Notes under the pieces: generated by a model
Database searches by the model: none
The model's input: the letters and a program-made list of their open reading frames with translations, nothing else
Told to the model about the DNA's origin: nothing
Assembly (NCBI GenBank): GCA_000934665.2
Contig: KZ538552.1
Location: forward strand, 1 to 63,696
DNA: 63,696 nucleotides
Origin: Catajapyx aquilonaris
Taxonomy: Eukaryota
Direction of reading: 5' to 3'
In this document: positions 32,147 through 46,800 of the stretch, piece after piece
How the letters are laid out: the number at the start of each line of letters is the position of its first letter
Numbering within the stretch: position 1 is the stretch's first letter
Made by a program: the position numbers and the translations under genes

Positions 32147-35100
32147 CTAATGTATTACAGCCGATTGAAACGTACTAATTATTCGTCTTGTTAAATACCG
32201 TAAGCATTCTAGAAAGCTTGAAGCAAAGTCTCCTACTTTTAAAAATAAGCGCAAATTTAATGTTGATGAAAATGATCTTGTACCCAACGTCGAATAAACG
32301 GAAAAAGGGACAGATAACCATCATACATCGTGGAACATTGCGTTATAACTATCTCTTACAGGTTATGTTATTTAATATCTATCCTGTAACAGAACAAACA
32401 AGAGCTCTTTGAGAAGTTCTCACGCGATATATCCAGGAGTTCACTACTTTTGCAAAGGTGCACTGAAGTTTTCAAGTGAAACACAATATCCATTTTAATA
32501 TCAATTTTTTTAGAAAAAATAATTGTGGTCGTATACGACAAATGCCTGTGTACCATATCCCGCTGTCACGCTCTAAATGTTACACGTTACGTCAAACATT
32601 CGTGTAAAAATATCAACTTTATGCCTTACAATTCCTGCCGTTTCTGTTGTTGTTTTTTTTACTCGTTAGCTACCGCTTTCAAGTACTAGGCGTTGCAACA
32701 CCAATGACCATTACTCACTGGCCGGGAACAGTCTAATGTCTTAATTGAGTAAAATTCGAGTACTTCAGCTGGTTAGCACTCGAGCCAAGATTGATGCATG
32801 GACCGCAGTCTCCTGAGGCCATCGAGGATCGATCTTTCAGGTACACTACGCAGTCTCAGTATTATTACAACACTCCCACCCTTCCCCCCACCCCAACCGT
32901 GCCACTTCCTGAAGTAACACCGCCAAACTTCTTGTCCCGACCACCTACCGCACACTTCACGTTTTATCGCCTTGCTTCTTTTTATTGCCGCTGGAGAAAA
33001 TAATTATGAAGCCGTAATGAGGCGGGTGGGATAAATGGGCTTGCTTCGGTCGGGGAAGTGATTTATGTAATAAATGGATTTTTTGGGGGGGCGGAGCGCA
33101 GCATCCCACTACATGGTCCAGACAGGTGGGTGAATCCAGTCGTCTTGGGTGCATAGGCGGACATTTTCATTATTTGCCCGATTATGCATATTTTGCTCTA
33201 CATATAGGGCGAAAGTGCACGGCGCAGTACCATGAAATTACTATAGGAGGGAACGGATCTATATAATGCATTTTGCAATATTTTCAACAGACTGTGTATA
33301 TGACCTGCATAATTCAATATCAGAAAAAGTGTGATTGCATACAATCGGAGATCTTTCCCTTAATTTCGTTTATGCAACCTGGCCTTTTAGTATGGGAAAC
33401 TACGAGTATACTACGCGATAAGAACCCCAAATATCGGCAAATCCATTTGGAGAGCTTTCCAAAATTCACTTGGAACCGTCCTTGACAGGGGCAATAAGAA
33501 AATCAGATCTGAGCATCGATCTGTTCTGAAACTGCATCCATACGGCGCCACCCCCCTCCTCCAGGGATGAGTTGGCGAAAAAAAGAAAAAAGAAAAAAGA
33601 AAAAAAGGAAAAAAAGCGCAGTGAATAGAAAGCAACAAGACTTTCGGATGGGGAAGAGAAGCTCCATTAGCGAACCTTTGTGCTACAATCAACACGGTCG
33701 TGGCCAAGCATTGTCACTCCACCAGCCAATAAAAGTCACCCTAGACATTATTAGCTACGTGTCCATTTGGCCGAGGACGACACAAGTCCCAAACGTTTCT
33801 TTTCTCATGACACGCGGCGTTTCAAGAGTGAAAATGTCATGAAAAGTCCCTCGACTTTTGCTTTTCTCTGACCACGCAGAACAAAGGACACTTATCAAAT
33901 TATTTCCCACGATACCTTGCGACCTTCCTGTCCATCTCTTGAATTATTGCGGAAGTGATATGACCTGTGCTACCATTATTTTTTTATTATCCATAATCGC
34001 TGACGACTTTTTTTTATATGGAAATGTCTTGTTGTTTTATCTCTAAGGCGCGGTTTGTATATCGGAGAAAGGATGTGACTAAGATATCTAGAGAAAAAAA
34101 ATTATGTCATCACGCAAAGGTCATTTATCCCTTGGACTCTTCTCACGTAATAGTCACATTTTGCACGGGGTCTGCGCCCTTGCAGTACACTTTACATGAA
34201 ATAATAACGTAAGCAGATGCACTTTTTCCACCATGTCCGTCACGAGGCCCGAGCACATCAGATACAATCCTCCAGCTGAAGGAAATGTACTTGAGAGCCA
34301 TAAATGCATATCTTAATGGGTGTAGGCTGGAAATGTGGTGAGAACACGCAACGCATTCCCCCTACTCGGGGATTTCAGGGAGAAACTTTATTTGCGCATC
34401 TACGAACCTCATTTTCTACCATCCTCCTCCCTTGGCACTAAACAGCCTTTGTGTTTCTCTCGGTTGGGGGATATTCTAGCGCATTCCCCCCCCCCCCCCC
34501 CCNCCCCCAACCAGTATCCTCCTACCTTGTAAATGTTGCTGCGCTTAATATCCGCACACCCTCCCCCATTTTTGATGACAGGATATTATCAGCCTGCATG
34601 TGTGAGGGTTGTTCCTTTTTGCTCTATCTATTCAACCAACCCTCTGGCCCATTCCTTCTTTTGTTCCCACAAATGATCTCGATTTCTCACCTACCATTCT
34701 CATTGTGCTCCGATCATCGAGCTTGGAATAGCCTCAATAACTCATTCTATATCAGGTAAAAAAAAAAAAATCGGTCAAATATATCCTTTATCCGAAATGC
34801 TTGTGACCAGACACTGTAAGAGTGAAGAAAATGTAGCCGGATATATATAATGGGTAAAGGTGTGTATTCCAGCGGGTGGTCCCTGGTGCGAATCCTAAGG
34901 CTGGTCTGCGAGTGCGAACTTCCGCAGTGGTCATCAATAAGAAAGTAAGCCTGCAGGCTCAGTTGTTTGATTACTCAAAAGTTGTTGGGGCGTGGGAGTT
35001 CTCTTCCGGGAAACCCTTCTTGTCCTAAACGCAAGCTTCCAATTGCAGTTGCTAGGCTATGCCAGGGGAACTGGGCCACAAGCTTGTTTTCTTCCTGGCC

Positions 35101-38100
35101 TCGAGGGGGGTTCACTCTTTGCACCGTCGACGGATTTACACGCTGACAAAATATCGAGATTGGCCTGCTAACAAAAGGGGCTAGGGGCTTAAGATTCGAG
35201 AAGATTTAAACATGCGTCAAATTTTGGCAAAACTAGCGGTGGTTGTTGATTATAGCAACAAGTCATCTCACAGCAACAAAGGGATCCTCCAGATATTAAT
35301 TGTACGTGATTCATGAAATTGGAGTGTGCATTGGGGCCTGTTGACTTGAACCGCGAATGAATCCCATCAACGCTCCATAATTTGGGGGAACAAATGATGA
35401 TTTTAATGATGAACCGTAAGGTTAATGCGATGCTTGAATTCAGTTGACAGAGAAATGTTAGGGAAATTCCTACGCCTTGCACACAAGGCGCTATTATCCG
35501 ATTATTAGACGGCTTTTCCAGGAAGGATAGGCGGAGAGCCCGGAAGGCACAGGGGGGGCAAAGATGATTTCTCACACTCTGACCATGATGCCGGGCATTC
35601 CAATTTGTACAATAGAAAGAAGAAGAAAAAAACTCCGTTACAATTTATATTTCACGGTGGCAGGTAGAAGCTAGCAAGTTGAGAGACACGACAGGGGATG
35701 TATCCATGTCAAGGTGCCCATATCGTGCTACGTCGTTAAAAATACATGTACCCTCCCAGATTTAGACATCAAGTCCATTCCAACTTGTCCCAACAGAAGT
35801 TGAGATGCGGGGTTCAACGTCGAACTTGGCAAGTTTCCTCTTGGCCTCTACTGTCGACGACTTCCTGGCGCCGGATTGAAGTGGAAAGGACGTAAGTACA
35901 ATGTGCCAAAATGCTACTGTTCCATTCAAAGACAACAAATGAGTCACTAGTGTCGGCAGCCTCCAAGTAGAAAGCCCCCCATTCAAGTCAAAAACCTACG
36001 ACTAGGGATACTGTCTTGTCTGTTTCCAGCCATGTCTCCCCTGCTGACTCGGGCTTTATTGCACCAGATGGCTCTTTCTTGTTCAGTTTGCTAATAACAG
36101 TGTCGTGTTGACAAACTTTTTATGATCGCACTCCCACTGTAATATTTTCTCAGCCCAGAGACCCAGGGCTGGTTTCATTTAATTTTTTATTGACTCCAAT
36201 ATAAATATCATATGTTAAAACGGATGTAAAAAAATGAATAAAATAATATGCTAGAGAACAGATTAACTTGTTGTCGGAAACTTCACAATTTAATTGGTCG
36301 AAGATTGATGACACCTGTTGAGAACTTACCCACACCCTACAATTAAAATCGTTAAAATACGGCAGGCACTTCTGTATTGGAATGCAGCTGATACCTAACC
36401 CGTGCTCTGTTAAAGGTTCAAAATATTGTGATTTTGATGCCGGCACTAATGCCATTATTTCCGGCAGTGGAACTAATGATATATCCTAGGGGGGATGAAG
36501 GGAGGTCACGCTGTATCAAGTCCCCCCTTTTCCTCAAAATCCAGAAATCTGGTTGAAAAGAAAAACCCTGCTGGAGTTTCATCTTTCCATCGTTTCGGCC
36601 TGAAAACCTCTTGGGGAGCCACCCTAGTCCTTTCTCACGAAGCTTTGTGTTTGTCTAAAGGAACATTACCCCTGCGGTCTCTGAAAGGTTCCTCCAACAT
36701 TTTTTTTTCTCCATAAAGAGATTCATCGATTTTGTCTCGGGGAGGTCGCCTCACTTGCAAGCAAACTTTGTCCTGCTAGGGCACATTTATCCCTACCCGA
36801 AAAAAGGGAGAAGCTGTGGCTTATACTAGGGACTTTGCCGAGGTCACAAACAAAACCACAAAAGAGGTCTAAAACGCAAAAAAAAATTGGAAGCTCACTC
36901 TTTTTGATAAATTATCAGCATGTGGACATACAGATGTCAGAAAAGGACTATTTATATTTTTCACTATATTTGCACTATATTCAGCAAAAGTGCGCAATTT
37001 TTTGGCTGTAACATGAGGAACTTTGTAATACAAAGTTACATCATATAATTGTTCACATTGTATCGTATAATATTGAATCCAACATTTCCGGAGAGAGTCT
37101 TCCCACCAGCACATGGGTCCATATCCTCCTGATGTGTGTCTCAACAAGTCCCGTTGTTTCCCTCCGATTACCACTTACGTGACCACACAAACTACAAAAG
37201 AGGCCTAAATGGTTCTTTATGTCTCCCCCTTTATCTTTATGGAGTAGTCAAGTTGACCATTAAAAAAGAAGAGGGAAGGTTATTGTCCCGGCTTTCTAAC
37301 AAGCACTTTGTGATTTTCCCTTCCCCGTTTCATTTTTCGCCCTCTTTCCCCATACTTCATTACTCATCCCGACGTCGTTAGCTGTATACTCGGATGGCAT
37401 GAGAATCACGTCGATTTGGTTCCGCTCCGGTTCTCCTGCAAAGTAACATCAACTCTTCCAGGGTTTTACCTACAAACTAAACCCCATAAAGTATACTGGT
37501 GCATTACAAATCCGATTATTTAACCGGTTCACCTGACAGGTGACTAAATGAAATGTTGAGCTAATTGATTTTAGGGATTCCCACAGGACCTTCCNNCCCC
37601 CCCTTGTTCTTCTCACACTTCTCCGCGCCCCGCTCAATGAAGAGAAAGCAGAACTTGAAAATCTGTTCGTGGCTCACAAGCAGTCGCCTATAGGAGCAAT
37701 CGACCAATGAAATGGGCCGATACGAATTGATTTACTATTGCACTTCTTGACCCACTTTAGAGGCATTAGCCGTAAACGCGACTAATAGAGCCCGTTATTA
37801 CCCGGCTCGATGCCTGAACCTAAATTATCATTAAGGCCAATTTTTGTGGAATGTAAAACTTGGGCGATACAGTCTGTCATTGCATATACTGAATTACGCA
37901 AGAACACTGTGCTCTGGTAATAAATCAGTTTGTTCCAAGTCAATCCCGTTATTATTTAGTTATTTCATTTGTGTTTTTTAAAAAAATATTAGCTGCTATA
38001 ATGGCGAATGAAATTATCCATTCAAGGCCGTCTGAATTGAAATTAATTTCAGAAATGACTCATTTCGACCTCAATTTTTGTAGTCTAGACCCTCCTTCGA

Positions 38101-40809
38101 GAGTTAAAAAAGGATGCAGCTATTTTATATTAGTAGATAGCATTTTTGATACCATATCAACGTTTCTGTTCAAACCAAGCCTGTTTAAAAATTGTGAATC
38201 GCCAATTGCAACACACTTTCAATATTGTGTGTCCAGAACCGCAAAAATACAAAGAAATGCTGCTGATTTTTTTAATACTAAGTTTTAACAAAATTTGCGG
38301 GTAACTTCCCGGTATCCTAAACGACTGTCAACCACCATGGCATTGTCTCGCCGATACCAAATCATCCAGAAAAAATTTGGTCGCCCCAACTTAATCTCAC
38401 ACTGAATCACCCCGTCCTTCCTGATGACAAACAGTATTAGTCAGCCTTTTGTGGCGACCTCGGTCCAAATTGGTGCTCTGGTCATGACTCGTTTACTTAA
38501 TTCTAGCGATAACAGCTCAGGTATGGTTCGTGTTAAGAAGACCAGAACATTAGGGAAGGAAAACTTGGGAGGGCCTTTGCCATCTGCTCACCACATGAAC
38601 CAGTTTTTGAATAGTAAAAAAATTGTCTCGGGGGCACTGCGGTTGGTAAATTAGCTCGGATTTGAGCACCCAGCACACGTCTGATTTAATATGCCCCTTT
38701 TTGTGTGACAAAACCCGCCTGCGCAATAAAAACTCTTTTTTTTTTTGTAAAATTTTAAACGCACTTTTCCAACGTGGTCGGCCATTATTAGGAAGCTTTT
38801 TTAGGGAAGTTTTTTTTTCATGTTCAAATATTCCTGGCGCGTGTGCAGTTCCGCCCGGATTAACACTCATGCATGTGCTGGCCTCACTCAAATCGACTGT
38901 GAATTGCCCGTCTGGGCTATTTTATTACAATGCGTAAAATGGCCTCTGTGCCACCTTTCATTTTCATAATGCACCGAGAGGATGAATATTTGTGTTTTTT
39001 CCCCCCTCCAGCGCCTGCGGACCCATGCAGTACTGCGTACGCAATTACCTGTATTGCAGTTCACTGAATCCGACTGACGTATGACTAAATACCCAAGGAT
39101 GAGTCATTTTAGCACCTTCAAGGCTAAATCCAGGTTGGTATTTCCTTAAGCCTGTCTGGAAAGCATTCGTCAGTTTACATGACTAACACCAAAGTAGTGT
39201 AAAAACGGCATTTGTTCCAATAGCAGAAAATTGCAGTTATATGACATGTGCACAAATTATTCATGCTAAGCTAAACAGTGTCATCCTAGAAAATGACACA
39301 AATATAATGAGATTCGCATGGCCTGAATTTATAAATATCCTCCTCTGCTCATTATGAAAAGTCTTCTTCGACCTGCCTCTTCAGAGTGGAATTTACTACA
39401 ATCTTGGACCAACTTTATGAAGATTTACGTCCGTAATAAAAAGCACAGCTCTCGAACTATTAATCCCCCCCCTCCCTTTCATACCGCCTGCAAGAGAGCG
39501 AGAAAAAAAAAACGCAAAGAAAACTCAAGATCCCGCAATATTCCTAGAAAATTCTACGTAATAACAGAAAAAGGTGCGAATTTTTCTTCACTCTCCAAAA
39601 AAACNNNNNNNNCCCCCCCCCCCCCCTTCAAGGTTCGTGGGATCTGACTATTCGCTCGATTGAAGATGAAATCGTCCTTTATGAGCGGGTTTGGGGAGTC
39701 ATAAAATGGCTTCGATCTTCATCTAAAGAACCGGAGCGTTGTGTTCCCAACCCACCGAGTTTCCAAGTTTATAACCTACCGTAGTTTACACACGCTAGAT
39801 TATCACAGAAATGGCGAAGCGGCGAGGAAGCTGAAAAATGTCCTCTGATATAAAAAAAAGAAGAAAAAATTTTTGGAGTAGTGCATGCTGGGACACCACT
39901 AGAGAGAATGGTCCCATTTTGTGGGGACCCAGCTGCTATTTTGTGCACTGCTGATGAAACGCCATTTTTGGGGCCTATTAGTTGAGGCGAGTTGGACGAG
40001 CTGGAGACAGCAGTTAGGAGACCCTCCCCTCTTCCACCACCCCCTGCCCTTATACCCAGCTTCCTTTCCCCTGCCTCTCATGTGCCGCAGTCTCTATGCA
40101 AATTGGCCCTGCAGTGTTTCGCAGCTTTCAAACAGAAGCCATGTCGTTTGCAGTAATGAACTAGAAGCCTTGTGAAACGTTGTGCCAGAAATATCCGTTT
40201 CACACTTGTCGAGCTTTTTTTTTTATGTGGTCATATCGCATGTTGAGTTCAAAGAACGGTATTGTTAGGTAGTTTAATTGCAATTTGCAGATTTGATAAT
40301 ATTGGTTCAGGTTTCTCCACAGCCGGCACAACCAGGAAAAGCAATATTCCAAGTTTGGGCTAAATCCGTCCAATCGATGAGAAGATAACTGTAAGAGCGA
40401 CGCCCATCGAGTGCCAAGTATCCGATTGCATACACATGGTCGGAGTAGGGGGGAATAGCCCGTATCCTCTCCCTCAGGCTGGATACGACCCTGGGTTAAT
40501 ATCTCACAAGGACTATAGGGTACACGAGGCGAATCGGTCACTAGCATCCCCTCACGAGCTCCAACCCACATATAATGGCATAAGGATAGTGTTGGTAATG
40601 TACCTTGATGCTATTTGAAGGCGATAAGGGGTTAATGACCCGATTGTTCCGATCCATGCAGGAAAAGCTGTTCCTTGCCTAATATAGTTTATCACAAAAA
40701 AAAGATGACACCTGGAGACTAAATTAGTCTAAAATCGAATATTACAGTATGGAGCTGACTCATCACGCAGGTATTCTAATTTTTCTTTATTTCATAGATA
40801 TGCCTAAAA

Positions 40810-40849
40810 TTACCCCGTGCTCGAGCCATTGGGCTCGAGCACGGGGTAA
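40810..40849. repeat. Perfect 18-bp-stem GC-rich hairpin (4-nt loop), like a Helitron/Helentron terminal palindrome
   Basis: ttaccccgtgctcgagcc-attg-ggctcgagcacggggtaa followed by an A-rich run. Confidence 0.7.
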
Positions 40850-43800
40850 AATAAATAAAAAATAAAAAAATAAAGATACTCCTAAAATTATTTTAGAATA
40901 TTTCTGTTTATGAACAATCTACAGCCATACTTCAGGCATATCAATCACCAAATTTTATAAATTGTCAGCTAAATGAAATGTACTGATATTAAAGTTCGCC
41001 CCCTTTTTACTCTGTTGGGTGGGACTACAAAAAAAAATCCCAATTCCATGCCATGTAATGTCAATATCCCAGCGAACCACCCAGTTCCCTTTGAGACGAT
41101 CTGCATGTTTCATTCAAAGGGCAACTTTTGCACTCGCTTTGAGGTCGAGAATTTGGTAGTGGCTGGGGTTGGTGTGTCGGCGCCCTGCACTGCTTGCCTG
41201 ACTGCATCCCTCAAGAAACAAGAAACCCCCCTCCAAAGCCCGCCTCCTTTCCCCTCCTACGAAAATCGGTCTGCCGTGACTCAGCTCCAAACTATTTCCC
41301 AGGTGAGAGCCCTCGTGCTCCTCCTTTTCTCCCAGGTCGGGACCTCCATTCTGCTTCCAACCCAAATACAACACTAACAACGCATGCAGTATGGAGACCT
41401 CTCCAAGCTGCTGCCATCGACCCAACATACGTTTTTTTTTTAAAAAAAAAAAACAACAACAAATACAATAAAAATATATTTAAAAAATATGAAAAAAATT
41501 CCAATTTTATGGCTTCGGATTCAACCGGATCTATTTGTCATCGTCATGGTCATATGACATGTGTCCATTCCGGTTGTCAAAATCAGAGGACAGGGGGTCC
41601 TGAATTTATTATTTGGGTGGCTACCAGGTGAACAGTGCTAGGTTTTAGGCCGATAAGGACGGGTTTTATCGCAACCGATGCTGCACAGCTTCGTTTGGAA
41701 GGATTCAGAAACCGGACCGAATGGCGGCAATGACCTCAATCGGAATGTCTTTGACTTTACAATTATCTTTAATTTCTCACATTACCAACAATATCATCCG
41801 GCATCCCTGAATTAAATGTGGGAGTTTGTTTACTAAACCGATGGGGCTAAAATGCTTAGTGCCAATGTCTGGTCTGCCAGTCCATCAAAGGAGTCCTATA
41901 CCTCAAGAGGGAGGCACTTTTGTGCATGTGGAGCACATGTCCTGTCCTTCTCGGGAGTGGACTTTCGCCACAGCAATCACACATCCTCCAGTTGCTTCCA
42001 AGTGACACCGATTTTCTGCCCCGGCCTTATTTGACAAGTGCCCTCCATCATACGATTCCCAAACGCGGTGTTGTTTCGAAACTCTTTGCCGGTTACGCAA
42101 AAATGTCGGTAATTCATCCGAATTATGACGACACGTTTTCATCGTCGAGGTCAGAGTGAAAGCGGTGGATGATAATAATACCTGGAGCCCTTTCACCTAT
42201 TTATAACGTTCATCCCGCCTGCTTATTTACGGCCGTCCTTCCTCAGGCTGGATATTTCCCACCTCCTTGGCTCGTATATAGGAGGTAGGCCACAATATTT
42301 TGAAGGCATTAAAAAAGTTGATTACCTGATCATAATATGGTCGGCCCAGATTTATGGCTTTTACACACTGCAATGAAAACCCCTTGAAGAAAAGCTAGAC
42401 TACAATGGAGTCAGATAATGTCGCACTTTTTTTATTATTTTATCCCGCCAGTTCGTACTGATAAATCGTGGCCCATCACCTTTTTGCTGCCAACTGTGCC
42501 CAACACCTGTTATTACTTCGGTTACGCACAACAATGTGCTATGCCAAAAGTTATATCACTTTTGGGCATGACCAGGCTGAGTCAGGCGACAATAACTCAT
42601 ATTCTGCAAGTAATGGAGATAAATTACTCCCATTTTTTTTTGTTTTTTTTTGCCAGCACTTTTAAACAAGAGGCTGTATACAAGTAGCCCAAAAACGAGG
42701 TCTCAAGACCCGTTTCTGGTCGCAAATCCTTTTACCACGACTCTTACTAACCCTAAATTTAGTCCACAAGGCCCTGTAGAGCCAAAGTGTATGGGATGTG
42801 AGGAGGGGAAAAAACACCACCCACGCCTTCCAAGAGAATATAAGCTGGCGATTTAGGTTGGCAAGACAACCAAAAAAAAATATATATTTTTTCTCCTTCT
42901 AGTGTGTCGAATTTTTCTTCTCCCCGACCTGGGAGCTCGGAGACGGCATTGCCCCACTTTTCCCGCCTACACAAGCCAACTCTTACTTAGACTGTATACA
43001 CTCTAGTTCACCACGTCCAATTTTCCTTCCAGGTCTCCATCTGACATCTACACGTCTCAGCACGTGAATGGATTCGCCCACTTCAGTCCTAACAAAAGAC
43101 GCGTTTTTCGCTATTTCTGCTCCACTACTTCTGGATAGTCAGTCAGCCTAAAATCCTCACAATTCCACCATTTTCTACTGCCTCAAGGGAAGGGGGGGGG
43201 GGGGGNACTCCAGAGGTTAACCAACCCAGAGCCATAATACCATTTTGGCCTCTCAGAACTGTCGAGAAATCACGGTACTAAGGCAACCCTAGGCTGAATA
43301 TCCTAGGCAAGTTTTTTTAACGAAATGACAAAAAAAAAGTATGAATGATAATCAAGAGAATGCGGGAATTAAATTCAGACAAGCTAATTTGGAACGCGGT
43401 TGGAATGAGATGAAAAGTTGAGGCGGACTTGTTGTCTGGTGCAGGCTCCCTATATTTACTTGAAAATGCGCATTTTGTTGAGATGAGAAAAAAAAGAGAT
43501 GTCCCTCAAACGTTGCAAGAATGGAGATTTTTTTGGGTAGCTTTTTTTTATGGGCGAGAGAGGTTTTGGTGACAAGTTGGGCACAGGCTTCTTCAAGCCG
43601 TTGGAGCCTGATGGAAGAAAACTTCCAAGTCGTTCCTAACGTGTCGCCTTTTCCCAGGCATCATCGTCATATTTATGGGCTACACCGGGGGCATGGGATG
43701 GGACCAAGTAATATGTCCTGAGAGTCAAGTTTTGCCTCTCCAAACTGTTTAATACCTTCATCGATTTGAGTGCGCCAAAGTTAGACGATCGGTAAGTTCA

Positions 43801-46800
43801 TGCTGGTTCACCGAATCTCTCCTAATTCAAACACGAATTTTACTAAATATGCACATAAATACTCAGATGTGCCTGTTTTTTTTACATTTTTAAAATGAAC
43901 AAATGAAGAACACAAAAATCTAACATTTGTACAAGTGTCCTATATATAGCTCCACTCCTTTAAATCAAAGAACGATCTGACGTCACACCAGCCATGTTCT
44001 GATCATGCGCAGTAGTATGCTTGCAATGAGATTCGGGGACATGATAGGAGGGAAGAGCCGGGCTGATCGTGACGTCAGATCGTTCTTTGGTTTAACGGAC
44101 TGTATAGGCATATCTGATTTAATAATACTGTATATTGCACAACTGATAAATTCACTGTTTGCCAAGTTGTTTATTATTGTTACAAACAGTGTAGCTGCTT
44201 ACAACATTGAATATGAGTAGCATAAGCTGGGATCCGCTACTGCTGGCCTCCTGCTGATGAACACCGAAACTTTTCAAATGGAACGGGACTGGTCACCTAA
44301 TTATGTGGAGCCAGATTATTATTATTTCTTTTTGTTTTTAACACTAAGACCGTCCGACAGGTTTATGAGGCTGTGTAAACGTGGTTGCGTGTGCATTTGC
44401 AAAGGCCATTTACCTCTCCCAAATTCTTGAAGGGGTCGGGAATTATTACAACAACTAAACCCGTTTGTGCGTGTGTGATGCGAGCCCGACTAAGTCTTGT
44501 TCGTACTGAAAAATGAAACTGAAGGTAATGAATTCGGCCCTGCCCCGTAATTACAAGGCCGGACGCTTTTTGTTTCGGTATCCGACCCAAAGCCACCGAT
44601 AATAAATAACGTTTGATTGCGCGCTAATTGTGCTATGGTAACACAACACTGCTTCCCGCTCTTCAGAACTGGGGGTAATGACATCCAGGGGCGTTCCATC
44701 AATTATGCAACAATGCTAGATTGATGACCTGTGTTACTACATACGTCTCAAATATCAGCAAACATATTGACTCACCATATTCCCACGTTCGTTTGATCGG
44801 ACATGTTTGATTCATACCCAATGCAGCTGCTTGTATAGTAGGCAGCAGGATCAATGAAACGTGCATGTGAGCAGGCTCTTGCACTGGGAGAGCCTGCAAC
44901 CTGCTTGAGAGCAATCTGTATGCCCCGCTGCTATCAAATGGGGATTTCAAGACGCTTTTACTCGCAATGTTACTCTGCTGCATGGCTCACCCCTAGATAT
45001 AGGGGGACCTCCCCAGATTTCTCATCCACTTTGATGAAACTCCTCCGGTATTAAAGTTCGATTAAAATGTCCACGCACAGGGTGGCTACACGTTAACAGC
45101 CAATCACATCATCTGACTATTCACGTGAAGCGCAATATTCTGACATGTAATTAAATGCCGTTGCGGCTACTCTCTCAACTATCTCAACTACCCATGGTAT
45201 ATGACATCTAATCTAATGTGCGTCGAATCTCTGGATGCACTGATTTGCAATCAGCACCTTGGTGCCACTAGTAAACAAAGTTGTTGCCCGCTTTTATATA
45301 CTACAAGTTCTGGCCTGCAAAGTTCGCAATATCGCGACCATTTTCACCAACTTCTAGTCCAACTTGATGCAAAACAACATTTTACATAGGCGTTGCCACG
45401 ACACTGCACATGAAAAATGGCTCCTCTGATAAGATAGAGGTGGGATACAAAGAGCAACGGAAGGAACTTTGTAATTGGCCGCCTGCAATGGGAGATATCA
45501 CGTACAGGTAGAACTGACGTCATTGGCCAAAAAAAAGTGCACCCTGTACGTGAAGTCAGTTATATTACCCTCCACCGGCCCTTCAGGTATTTGCGCTAGA
45601 AGATTTTATCGCAAGGACACCGTCGACAAGCAAACCCGCAACTAATATTAGTCCCGCAATATATCCGTCGAGGTGGTCCTAATCTGCAGGTTATATCGTT
45701 CCTTTTGTCTCACCCATTACTTATTCCTTTGATCAATAAAAACTCGGCTGCTTGTTACACAGCTGTTTTTTTGCAACGGAAGGTGTCGTGTCCGGCACGA
45801 TCGCAGGGGCATACACAATGACCGATTGATAGCCTTATCTCTCATCACCTTAAACGGAATTAACAAACACATACTTCGTAGATTTTTTTTTTTCATAGAC
45901 TACTGATCTCCGCGATCTTCACAACCTCAATGGTAACGAGCATAATGCGAAGGACAGTGTCACTATACACTATCCATGCACACCATTTAAGGCTTCAATG
46001 CCACTATTTTATCCACCTTCATGTATGAAATATTATCACTTCAGATTATTTTTAACGTTCCTAGACTATACACATTGCATAATATTGTAGCATCTTGCAG
46101 ATGGATAAGGCATTTTAAAAAAAAATGTGTGGCCGATGTTCCCTAGGTTTCGTGTCGTGTGCTGCACATCAAAAAGTATCCCCGGGGCGCGAAAGTGGCA
46201 TTCAATCGGAAAAGGGGGGAGCCGCCCTGATCTCAAAATGGCAGGTGTCAAAAAAAGCCGGATCAAAAGTACACCTATCAGCCATAATGTGTCTCCTTCA
46301 CCTCAATCCCACGTTGATCTCCCCTCCGCCTCCTACGTGTACCATCATAAAAAGACCTCCAGTCCCATTGCGACCTATATTTATACTCGGCAGGGCCACC
46401 CAGTGTTTTGGCAACTTGGTCACGCAACCAGACATATACGTAAAATCATCATATCCACAGTGAGGCCCAACCGTTACAATCATTTTTTTTGTGTATAGAA
46501 AAAGCCGCGCACACCTGTTGAACACACATGTGATCCCACGTGGGCACACATTCTTTCCAGGGCTATAAATTTGAATCACCTCAATCACGGGTGGAGCGTG
46601 ACTTGGGTTCAATTTCGACTCACTTCTCAAAAAGTGTCGTGAGTCGTGTCCATTATTGGAATTGCGTTTGTTGACCTGCCCAAACAGCTGACCAGCTAGT
46701 ATTAAAACGTCTCCCACATGCTGTTAGAATGATGTGGACAGAGTATCTTTTCATCTGGCAGTCCAGACCGGAGATCTAGTTTAGGACGGCGATTATCAGC

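Noticed and set aside
34830..34900. tRNA-like B-box (ggtgcgaatcc)
   Set aside because: No cloverleaf or clear A-box; at most a decayed SINE head.
40973..41631. Overlapping 134-145-aa ORFs and a gt...ag mini-intron near 41303-41335
   Set aside because: No recognisable domain; the 33-nt intron is too short; no consistent exon chain.
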